Assembly: GCA_964252035.1 (NCBI GenBank) | Contig: OZ176212.1 | DNA length: 64,000 bases | Source of the DNA: Podarcis erhardii | Lineage: Eukaryota | Reading direction: 5' to 3' (one strand) | Part shown: piece by piece, positions 23,195 to 34,169 of the stretch | Layout of the letters: every line of letters begins with the position of its first letter | Numbering within the stretch: position 1 is the first letter of the stretch | The notes under the pieces: generated by a model | The model's input: only the letters and a program-made list of their open reading frames with translations | The model's database searches: none | What the model was told of the DNA's origin: nothing | Position numbers and translations under genes: made by a program

Positions 23195-26100
23195 ATTAAT
23201 GAATGGAAGTTGGAAAAGCATAGGACTGGCCTTAAGGCTAACTTGTGTTTCTTAACACGTTTTTAAAACCAGAAGTAGCATAAAGCAAGGAAACAGGCTG
23301 TATCAGCGAAAACCAGTGTGTTATACAGGTTAGATCTATGGGCTGCAATATGTTAGGAAGTTCTACTGCACAAGCTCCTTTGAAAGGAAACAGGAACTAC
23401 ATAAGAGCTCACATTCATTTCAGTGGGCCTACTCTAAGACAAATTCCTGGTGGACTATGCAGGTAGGATGAGGGAAATGCTCAGCCTTGAAATTCACCGG
23501 GTGACCTTGGGCCAGTCTACCTTGTAGGGTTGTTGTGAAAGTAAATGGGAGAAGAGAATTATCTGTGTTGCACTGAGCTCCTTGGAAGAAAGGCAGGCTA
23601 TAAATGCAATGAAGTAAACATGTAAAAAAAGGGGGGGGGAGCAGAGTACAAGAGAGAAGATTTGATGTACAACACACAATCCATCAAGAAGTTCTCTTGC
23701 ACAAGCGCTGATGAAAATAATAGGAACTACGCAAGAACTACACTATGCATTTCAGTGGGCGTTCTGCAGGAGAAATTCCTCATAGATTGTGACCATTTTA
23801 AATAGTAGGTGGGGAATATGCCATTTGGATTTTTCATCTCAAGCACCAAAATATATTAACCTAGCCCTCTTTTTAAACTTTTGATCCACAGAAGCCTTCT
23901 TTGGCCCTCTTGTAACACTCTGATTTTGAATCAACAAAGCAATGGCTCTGCTAGTGTTTACAGAAGACCCAACAAAGAAATTCTTTCATCATCCTATATA
24001 TTTATTCATAGTAGAGAACATATTTCAGATCAATCCGGTTCTTGCCAAGCCACAGCCAGGATTGTAGGATGGAGCTTATTTTTAGATTTTGTTCTGGACT
24101 TACCGGATGCCCTCCCTGCACTGCAATTAGGCTAGGAAAAAGGCTCCTAGCTGTTTCCAAGCGTAATTACCATATTGCGGGTGTAAGACTGTTAGGCGGG
24201 TGAGGGTGGATAAGAGGAGGAGGAGGAAGGGTTAACTTTCTCTATGTGCTGTGGCCATTTATTTGAATGAAGTCTCCCATTGGCTCCCAGAGAAGTCTGT
24301 TCTCAAGTCTTATACAGGCTACAGGCGGGGATATGTATTATTAAAGGTTTGTTATTGGGCCCAACTAAATGGCCTACATGCTTCCTCAGTTACCCACAAC
24401 TGTATTTGATTTTAATCTGATTTGAGAGAGCCAAGAAGCTTCCAAGGTATCGGTTCTTCATGATCTAACAACTGCTGCAATTTGAGCTCTTCAGGAGGAG
24501 CTCTTCTCCCCCTTCTACTCAACAGCCACTTCAAGCTTGAAGATCAAATTCCAAATTCAGGTTTTGCAAGTATTAAGGGCTATTCTTATGGCTATGTGCA
24601 CCTTTACAAAACTTGAGAATGTGAGTGGAAGCTTTCGTTTTTGTTTTGATCCCAAAGTCATTTAAACTAAGAGTCAGTTTGAATCTGAGCACAGAAACAG
24701 TTCCAGAGAGTCTGGACCTTGGCACCATTTGGTTTAGAAACTGGCAATAAATAAAAACAATAACAAAAGTTATAGCAGGTAGAACCAAGGGGATGTTTCC
24801 TGGTCTAGGGCTCAGGCCTTGTGTGATAATACTGTTGCAGCTGCTGGCTGACTTTTCTTTTGTTAGGAAGATAGCTCGTTAATTACCCGGAATGGTTGGT
24901 TATTCTTTCATCAGTTGGTGTTAATGGTTATGAAATGCCTCCTCCTGATAGTGTATGTGGTTTTACATGACACACGACCTGATATGTGGAATGGGAGTGC
25001 GAGAGTTGCTTTCTGATGAATCTTCCGCCTTGTGGGAGTGCCTGTTTATGCCCGTTTACCTTATACAATATTTGTATATAAAGCAATTAATGGATACCTG
25101 AAGTATCCCCTGCTGTTTTTGTTTTTGTTTTACTAAGGAAAACAAGATCTGCCAGCACATCACCTGGAACTTCTCATCTAGAGAAGTAGCTTAGTTCTTG
25201 TGCGGTTCCTATTCTTTTCAGTGGGGCTTGTGCAAGAGAACTTCCTGATGGATTGTACACCATACATTTCCATAGTCTGTTTCAAGTGTTCAAAAGAACT
25301 GATACATTATCTCAGTAATGCTTACAACAAACCTGTAAGGTTGGCCAGTATTACTGTCTAGGGTGTCTTGCCCAATAGGGGCAAGTGGCGTGGGGCGCCA
25401 GGGTGACAAGTTCTGGAGGGCACCAGGGAAGAGGTGGAGGCTGGAAGCGGCACTTCCCGGCATCAGCTTGCTGCCCTTGCCCGCCTCTGCCATGCCATGC
25501 CAAAGCAGCGCCGCGCCCGGAGCCTCTGCCTGCTGTGGCCACTGCGGCATGGGCGCCAGGGAAGAGGCAGAGGCTGGGCGCAGCGCCTCTTGGCATCAGC
25601 TCACCACCTCAACCACCTCGCTGAGGCAACGCTGTGCCCGGAGCCTCTGCCTCTTCCCTGCCGGAGGAGCTGCCCTCCAGCCGCTGCCTGCCTGCCTGCC
25701 TCCTCCAGCCCCGCAAAGCTGCTGGCAGTGCCTTAAAAAGGTTGGCAACTCTGGGAAACCGGGGGGGGGGGGGGGCGGAGGGATCTTTGCACCACAACAC
25801 TGGATATACTTAAGACGGCCCTGATACAGTACTGTTGCTTGCTGAAAGTCTATCAGTTTGTGTCTGAGTGACACTTGAATCAGGAACATTCCAGCCCACA
25901 CTTTGAGCTACTACAACACAGCTGCTCATTTTGAATCTATTTATTATAACTACAATTCAGCCTTGGAAGCAATAATAATTTCGCTGCTTCTGAGCATGTG
26001 CAGAAACCCCTTCCTTGATTCTCAGCGCTCAGTGACTGAATCTGGGATCTGGGAGATGAACTTTGAATGTGAGGGTGTAGCTTTAACCTAAGTTTGATCT

Positions 26101-26342
26101 TTGGCACTTTTCTCTCTGTTTTGTAATGAATGACCTGATTTAGAGTTGAGTGAGGATCCAGGTGTTTTGATGAGTGGCTGGAGAGGAGGGTTAAGGACTA
26201 CGGCAGGCTGCTGGAGGCAGGAATGGTGAGTAAGAAAGGCGCAGAAGATATGCAGAACCTTGAAGCATGAAGCTGTTATTTTATTAGAGTTTTTTTTTTT
26301 GCTTAGCTCAACATTAGATACCTACCTGATGGGAGAAAGCAG

Positions 26343-26613
26343 TAGGGTTGCCGTATTTCAAAAAGTGAAAACCTGAACATAAAAGTTGTTTGGGTTTTTT
26401 TTGGGGGGGGGGGAGTTGTTGAGCTTTTTAAATTTTTGGCCAAAGTTGTTGATCTAAGAAAAGAAAGAAGCTGTGAGCTATTTTTAAGAGATTTCGCCAG
26501 AATATACACTTGCAGCATGGGTTGCCATATGCCCAATGTTTTCCACCCGGACATTGTTTACAAGGGCAGAATCCTGGCTATGTCCGGGAAATTCCAGATG
26601 TATGGCAACCCTA
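26343..26613. mobile_element. hAT (Tip100-like) MITE
   Basis: TIRs TAGGGTTGCCGTA / TATGGCAACCCTA; TSD poorly preserved. Confidence 0.7.
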
Positions 26614-27527
26614 TAGAGCAAATCGAATATGGGACAGGCATGGAGCCACTTGTTGCACTCCATTAAGATCCACCCCCCTCCTGAGTTTCATGTTTCTTTC
26701 TTCTTTTTAAGCAGTGTATTCTGTGCCACTGTAATCCAGTTAGCAGCTTTATTGAGCAGGTCACACCCATGTTTATGCAGGGACTGTTTTATCCAACACA
26801 CCTGTTCAGGCAACTGGCTTCCTCTCCCTTTCTCTCCCTTTCTCAAACCCAGCATCAAATTACCCTGATAAATAGATCTCGTGATGCAACAGCTTCCAAA
26901 TGAATTCTGCAAGCGCTGCATATGGAATATGGCAAGAGCTGGTCATTCTATCTCCTGCCACCAGGTCATTAATTGGGGGTGCCTGCGTGAGATGACTTAT
27001 CGCAAGCTAGCTATCATTTAATGTGCTTTTAGTGGCTATTTTAGGATGTCTCTCTCACTCTTCTCTTGATATGTCTTTAGTATTTGTACATACAGAAAAA
27101 TGAAATCTGGATTGAAGTTCCAGAAGAGCCTTCTCTGGAACTTCAGAGTTCCCAAGGCTTTCTGGTGACTGCACTTGCGTCTCCAGAAACAAATTGGGAG
27201 GAACAAACAAGTGGGGTGTGTGGCAACCTTTTGAAACATAACCACGTCTGATAAACTGCCTGTCCCAAAACCAAGTGCTGAGGAGCCTCTACACCAGCAG
27301 CATTTTTTTTGCAGAACGGACTAGGATCTTGGAGACCATGGTTTAAATCTCCACTCAGTCCTTATGTACACTGAGTGACCCTGGGCCAGTTGCTCTTTTG
27401 GGGCAAGGCAGTTGGCAGAGGGGGGGGGGGAGAGAGAGTGTCAACCACCATCACCACCAGTTTTCAAAACCTTTAGTGGAGCTGACCAGCATTAACTGAT
27501 CTTCACAGAATTGTCCTGTTTATGCTA

Positions 27528-27690
27528 CAGTGGTACCTTGGTTCTCAAATTTAATCTGTTTGATTCCCAAAATGGTTTGAAAACCAAGGCGCAGCTTCAG
27601 ATTGGCTGCAAGAGCTTCCTGCACTCGATCGGAAGCCGCAGAAGCCACGTTGGACGTTCGGCTTCTGTAAAACATTCACAAACCGGAACA
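27528..27690. mobile_element. Truncated Tigger-like MITE abutting the PPP6C pseudogene
   Basis: TA-CAGTGGTACCTTGG left TIR, similar to the 49556 element; no right TIR found. Confidence 0.65.
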
Positions 27691-27732
27691 CTCAAGCGCT
27701 TGTGTAACTACGTCTGTGACCTTCTTCTAGAA

Positions 27733-28049
27733 CAGGGGTGGCCAAATTCCAAGAGACTGTGATCTACTCACATAATTAAAAACTACCCACTTTTTTAGGG
27801 GTTCAGGTCAAAGCTGTTGAGCTCTTTTTTGAGGGGGGTGGCCTGGCATTTTTAAATTTTTTTGCGGTCAAAGAGGAACAGCAACTCACCAAAGGATCAC
27901 TGGGATAAAAACAGCCTCGGTTTGTAAACTCCGTCTTCCGTTCTCCAACAATGGAGGGCACGGCAAGGGGGCGGGAAGGGGGCCAGCGATCGACCAAAAC
28001 CTCGCAGGGATCAACTAGTAGATCGCGATCGACCTGTTGGACATTCCTG
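27733..28049. mobile_element. hAT (Charlie-type) MITE inserted in the PPP6C pseudogene
   Basis: TIRs CAGGGGTGGCCAA / TTGGACATTCCTG; perfect 8-bp TSD TTCTAGAA at 27725-27732 and 28050-28057; removing it restores LLLEESNVQ. Confidence 0.92.
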
Positions 28050-28401
28050 TTCTAGAAGAATCTAATGTGCAGCCAGTTTCTACACCAGTTACAGTCTGTG
28101 GCAACATACATGGACAGTTTTATGATTTATGTGAATTGTTCAGAACTGGAGGTCAGGTTCCTGACACAAACTATATATATTTATGGGTGACTTTGTAGAC
28201 AGAGGCTATTATAGCCTTGAGACGTTTGCCTATCTTCTTGCCCTGAAAGCAAAGTGGCCTGATTGCATCACACTTTTATGTAGGAATCATGAGAGCAGAC
28301 AGGTAACTCAAGTGTATGGGTTTTATGACGAATGCCAAACCAAATATGGCAATGCTAATGCCTGGAGATATTGCATCAAAAGTTTTTGACATGCTCGCAG
28401 T

Positions 28402-28482
28402 AGAATCATAGAATCATAGAGTTGGAAGAGACCACAAGGGCCATCGAGTCCAACCCCCTGCCAAGCAGGAAACAGTGTAACT
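28402..28482 (-). mobile_element. CR1 3'-tail fragment inserted in the PPP6C pseudogene
   Basis: TAGAATCATAGAATCATAGAGTTGGAAGAG... sits where the AALI codons should be, between DMLAV and DEQI. Confidence 0.85.
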
Positions 28483-31400
28483 AGATGAGCAAATCTTCTG
28501 TATACATGGGAGCCTATCTCCAGACATAAAAACACTGGACCAGATTCAGACCATTGAGCGCAACCAAGAGATCCCACACAAAGGAGCTTTTTGTGACCTT
28601 GTTTGGTCTGATCCAGAAGATGTGGACACCTGGGCCTTAAGTCCCCGAGGATCAGGCTGGCTGTTTGGGGCAAAAGTCACAAATGAGTTTGTCCATATCA
28701 ACAACTTAAAGCTCATCTGCCGAGCCCACCAGCTGGTGCACAAAGGTTATAAATTCATGTTGGTCACAGTGTGGTCTGCTCCGAACTACTGCTATCAGTG
28801 TGGAAATATTGCCTCAATCATGGCATTTGAAGGTGCAAATACAAGGGAACCAAAGCTCTTCTGTGCAGTTCCAGACTCAGAACGTGTGCTTCCTCCAAGA
28901 ACAACTACACCGTATTTCCTCTGAGATGTGGCTTTGCTGTCCCATACCCTTTTCTTTTGTGACGTACCTTTTTAGCACTTTGCTGCTGAAATGCTGCCTC
29001 TTGCCTTTTATATTTTTTAATTATCTAAATGTGTTGTATATGGTCAATAGGGATGCATCTTTCAATCTCTTTCTCTGTCTCTCCTCTTATCGCTACCCTA
29101 CCTGTCTTGCCAGCTTTTGAAATGTCTCTGAACACCTACCTAGCTGTTTTGTAATACTTGTGATTTGTTTATTTTTAGTTCAGTTCTTTTTTTAAATAGG
29201 GACACTGCACTTCCCCTTTAAAGAAATAAATCCAAACAGCAAAACATCAGAACTAGTTGGATCTTCTTTCATTCAAGGGGTTGATTTTGGGGAGGCTGTT
29301 GTTTTTTTGAATAAGCTGTTAAAAAATTCCAGCAGCAAAGTTGTATTTGGTGTGCATAATGGGACTGTCCAAGCCCTGCAAGTGAGCACATTGCCAAGAT
29401 GTATAAAAAATGTCCTGGTTTATATTTTGTTTTAATTCAGCATAAATACATGGTTTTAATGGCTGCCTCTGATCTCCCACCACCCGTTGCTTTTATTATT
29501 TGTTTTATTTTTTTAAGATTTAAACTAAAATGCAAAACCTTGTACAGGTATTTGGATTTGTACGTTGAAATAATGGTTCTGATTTTTCTCGGATACCTTG
29601 TCTTTTTAATAAAGTCATATCCTGAACTCAAGTCTCTAGGTTAAGCATTCAAAATAAAACCCTACATTGTTGATGTGGGAAAGATAATAATTCAGGATGG
29701 CTCCTCGAGGTTTCCAATGGAAGCTATTAAATCTGTGAGGAGGTAGAAGCAAAGGGGGCAAGCTGTATCTCAACAAGTTGTCCCATCTGAGTTTCTCCCC
29801 ATTCCTCCAGTACCTGCAAGAGAGTTGACTTGAGAAGGGGATGTTCACTAATATACCTGTTCACAACTCATCAGATAGAAGCCAGTAACCCTGCACTGGG
29901 GACCATGCTCTGGATGTTTCAAGTGCTGCAAGGCTTTGCCCTCTGGTCTACCAGAACTACCCTGTTTAGTTCCCAGAATATTAGCTTCTCGAGAGCTGGC
30001 AACCCTGCACTTGCTTCCTACTCCACTACAGTAAAGCATATGAGGGAGTAGGCTAGACCAGAACCTTTCTCCCTGCAGTTACTGGGAGTTTTTTTTACTT
30101 GCAGGTAGTATTTTATTGGTGTGGGTGCATTAAAATACTGCACCCTTGCAGCCTTGAAGTGCTACACTGCACTCTAATTATACAACATGCGTTGACCAGG
30201 CTGCATTCTCACAGTGCACCTGTTTTCATGTGACTAATATCAGCTTTCATTTGTTCCTGCTTGGCTTTGTTTTGTGAGCCTCTTCATTGCTCATGCACCG
30301 TCTCTGACCTGTCAGCCTGCCAAGCATTATCTAGCATCTCTGTCCTGTTGAAACACGGAATGGTGTAATCTTAATTACTATTTATCATCGCTCAGATGAT
30401 TGTGAACTTTGTACCCGTTCTCCTCTGGCCTAGCTCTGGCTGACACACCTTGGTACTGCGAGGCTTTGAAAATCTGCCCCAGAGTTGGTATCTCCACCCT
30501 CCACAAGAGAACTGTGAAGCCATTCATGCATGGTAGACAAGCAAGCTGAAATAGAACATCTTTCCATCCGACTCTCTATCTCTGGCTTTACGATTCGAAC
30601 AGATCCTTAGGGAGCGTTGTACAAGGCACCTCTTCTTTAATGGTCAAATTCAGGGCTTGATTTGAGGGGGCTCAGCAGAACTCAAAGAATTATGCTCTGA
30701 GCATGTCAGAATCTTGACCTGAAATCCCTACACATTTAGCATCAGGAAAACATCTTACCTGAAAAGAGGGTATGACTTCCAGACAGGTTAGAGGCTCCTC
30801 TCATTTCATAACCTAAACTTAGCACAGTTTATACTCCTTAAATCAACAAAAATTGCATACAGTACTTGGCCATGAATTTTAAGGCTGCAGTCTCTTGCAC
30901 TCTTACTTGGGAGGAGATTACACTGAGCAAACTTGGTTTTATTTACTTATTTTATTTTTCATCCTGCCTTCATCCAAGTTAAAGCCCCAGGTTTCTGAAA
31001 ACAATAACTTTATTAAAGATTTTTTCAGACTGTAACAATGGAATCATAACACAGAATTGGTAGAGTACATATTGTTGAATATCTGAACAACAACAACAGA
31101 ATTATTCACTCATCATTGCACGTCTTCATGTGTCTATTGTAATAAACTGCAGGGAATATTCAGGCCACACCCAAATGCATAGCTCCTCCACAAATTAATC
31201 TGGGACAATCTGGCCTGCATTTGCTCTCTATTTCAGTTTTGAGAAGATAAGAATGATATCCAAACAGCCTCTAACTGGTCATTTTTAGCATACTTAATCA
31301 GCTCCCAATTTATGTTAAACATTCAAGTAATGCCATTTCCCGAACATTATCCAGTCAGCCCTTTACCAGTTTTTGTAAGGATATGTTTGTACTGTTTCAA

Positions 31401-31563
31401 CTACAAAAATAGAATAATAGAAAGATCATATACTGGTACCTAAAAATAGAGAGTAATCGGCAATATCCCTCATCCAATAGCTCATAGCCATCTTATCCTA
31501 ACAGGTTTCTCCATCAGGAGTGTCCAGAACAAGTGATATTTTTATAGGATTTTATGCCCAATG

Positions 31564-31827
31564 TGTTATGTACTGAAGTTCTCACCCTGGGCCAGCAGGG
31601 GGATACTGTAGATAGTTTTCACTCAGGTCCACATATGCAAATAAGGGATTGAAAGTGACGTTCAGTGATTGGATAGTTACAGAAAGTGGTTACTGTTGCG
31701 TTGTAGTGGAGCTCTATATAAGCAGGCTGGCTGAACCCTTCAGTTCAGTTCTGTTCTGGCCTGTGAATAAACAAGAGCTGTTTGAAGAATCGCTGGGTCA
31801 TCTGATATGTTCACCCACAAATTAACA
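31564..31827 (+). mobile_element. Solo LTR, 264 bp
   Basis: TGTTA...TAACA termini; 5-bp TSD CAATG on both sides; ATGCAAAT 31635, ATTGG 31668, TATATAAG 31715, AATAAA 31766. Confidence 0.85.
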
Positions 31828-33001
31828 CAATGCAAAAGCCATTACAAAAACCAATTGCTTGCAAAGTCATGTCTTAATGCTTGTGCTTGTTTTGCTAGCT
31901 ACTTTCAATGCACAACCTATTGGTATGCCATTCCATTATACTTCCTCCTTCCCCAGATTTCCAATTCTTCTCAACCACCTGCTTTAGAAATTTTCCAGTG
32001 ACTAGCTAACTCCAAATGAACAGCTGTGAGCAAAATAATTATTAGGTCTTGGTGAACTTATATTGGTGTCATCTGGCTGCACTATTGCCAGTAGGGCCAG
32101 GGCCAGGTCAGGTGGGATTAATTGCCCTTTAATGTCTGGGATTTTGTAAATATCACTTCCCAAAAACCTTGAACATATACTATCACATATGGCCCATATG
32201 CACAGGTTTTGAGTTGTCCAAGGCAAGAGCTCTCCCTCACATTTTCCCCCCAAAAGTAGGTTATCTTTCCCAAACTGCATAACCTCTCACCCCAGCTCAT
32301 CTGACTTTCAGTATTCATACGTGGGCAGTGATGCCAACTAATATATAGAATGATGAAAGATAATGAGATAACATACATAATCTTAAACTTTTATTTTCCT
32401 TATTTGAGCGATGCATATCGTACCCCTCAATAAAATTCTTGACAGGTATTTTGGAGTGCTTTGGGACTAGTTTGACAGGTAAAATACACTTTATCTGTAT
32501 TGTATATTAATTGCTGCTAGTCAGATTGACTATAGTGTTTCTAAACTGTTGTGACATATTTGACACCTAGCTAAATAAGAAAACAAGTGCACTATATTTG
32601 AGTTATGCTGGCTGAATGGTCTTAGGAAGTGGCTAAGTGCTCTTAGCGCTGCTTTGCCAGTCCAGATGGAATTACACCTCCAGCATGACACTTAAGCTGA
32701 TGGAACTCTGCTGGTATGTTGGCAGAGATACTGCGCTGGCAAAGTGACACTGGTAGATAGGACAGGTGCGGTGGGGAAAGCAGAATGGGATAGAATCATG
32801 GGTGTGCCCTGAGCAGGGCATAGTTACACCTCTTCATTTCCAAGACATGCCCATTTGACAGTGGAACATTATGCCAGGTCTGAGGTTGGTGCAGGTAATT
32901 TTGCCTTCCATAGAAGTTAACGGGGGGGGGGGGGGAATTACATTAAAAAATAGCAGCCCTCCCACCTCCTTCCCCACCCACCTCAGAATGATAAGAGCAT
33001 A

Positions 33002-33249
33002 CAGGAGACAGCAAACCTTTTCAGCAGGGGGCCGGTCCACTGTCTCTCAGACCTTGGGGGGGGCAGACTATATTTTTTGGGGGGAATGAACGAATTCCTA
33101 CGCCCCACAAATAACCCAGAGATGCATATTAAATAAAAGAACACATTCTGCTCATGTAAAAGCACGCTGATTCCCGGACCGTCCGTGGGCCGGATTTAGA
33201 AGGCAATTGAGCCAGATCTGGTCATCGGGCCTTAGTTTGCCTACCTATG
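33002..33249. mobile_element. hAT MITE, same family as the 54213 element
   Basis: Shares CAGCAAAC..TTTTTCAGCAGGGGGCCGGTCC and CCTTAGTTTGCCTACC ends with the 54213 element. Confidence 0.75.
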
Positions 33250-34169
33250 GCATAGGATATGCCTTCCACTGGCATATCTGTAGCATGGTGTGAGTAGAGG
33301 ACTGTTTTGCTTGGGTGTAATCCTGTACTCGCCTAGGAGTAAGCCCAGCTGAACTTAATGAGACTTCAGAATCGCTATGTATAGGATTGCAGTTTAAAAT
33401 GTGTCTTTAGTGGTAATTTCATCCTTGGTTGGGTGAACAACAACATTTTAACAGAAGGATTTGCTTGTGCAGAGGGGGGAGGGCGCAGATTATAATAGTT
33501 TTAAAGCTTAACATGTAAGCATTGTGTGATCCTGTTTTGAGATTCCAAGGTGTTTGAGAGGCTGTTCATGATCAATAAACAAATTTGTGTTTTTGAGTAT
33601 TGTTTTAATGAAAGAAATAATTGTGACATAACTCAAAACCCTAAGTTTCTGATTTAACTATTTGGCTTTTGAAACTTTCAGGTTCTGGTAGGTAAAATTC
33701 AAAATTGTGACAATTTGAAAATTTGAAACAGAGTGCAGTATACCTACACAAATTCTTACATTTTGGCTCTAAAGCCTTTCTGTTACTTGATGTCATTTTC
33801 AGTTTCATACAATATCATGTTTGGAATACCTGCAAGTTTAAATTATTAAGTGAATTTAAATTATTGAGTGAATTTAAAGTTTTATTGGGTACGAGGAAAC
33901 CGTGTACATTGTCAAATGTGTTTCCCAAATCCCTCTATTTTATCCTTCTCTAAACTGTAAATTACAAATCTGAAATTCACAAACTGAATGCTACATAAAT
34001 TGTATAACTTTTTTTTTTGAAGGATTGGAGAAAAGATTTTTCATCATTCCTAATTTAAAGTCCAAAAGCTCCTTTCAGATTTGAGTTCAACACTGGCGAA
34101 GTGAGAATTTAAAGTTTGGCAGCTGCCATTCGCACAGGTTCCCTCCCCTCCCCCTGAGGTTTCGTCCTT

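Larger units (their letters stand above)
27691..29680 (+). pseudogene. PPP6C: Processed pseudogene of protein phosphatase 6 catalytic subunit, 5' end missing, with 3' UTR
   Basis: LKRLCNYVCDLLLE|[54 protein letters not shown]...NHESRQ...SAPNYCY...[10 protein letters not shown] (stop 28922-28924). Intronless; +2 nt slip near 28175, +1 nt near 28380, 12-nt loss of FDEK, two TE insertions; AATAAA at 29608-29613; 3' end approximate. Confidence 0.95.

Noticed and set aside
25290-25901. GC-rich block with several overlapping ORFs
   Set aside because: Internal repeats (GCCCGGAGCCTCTGCC) and a GGTTGGCAAC end suggest a DNA-transposon interior, not a gene.
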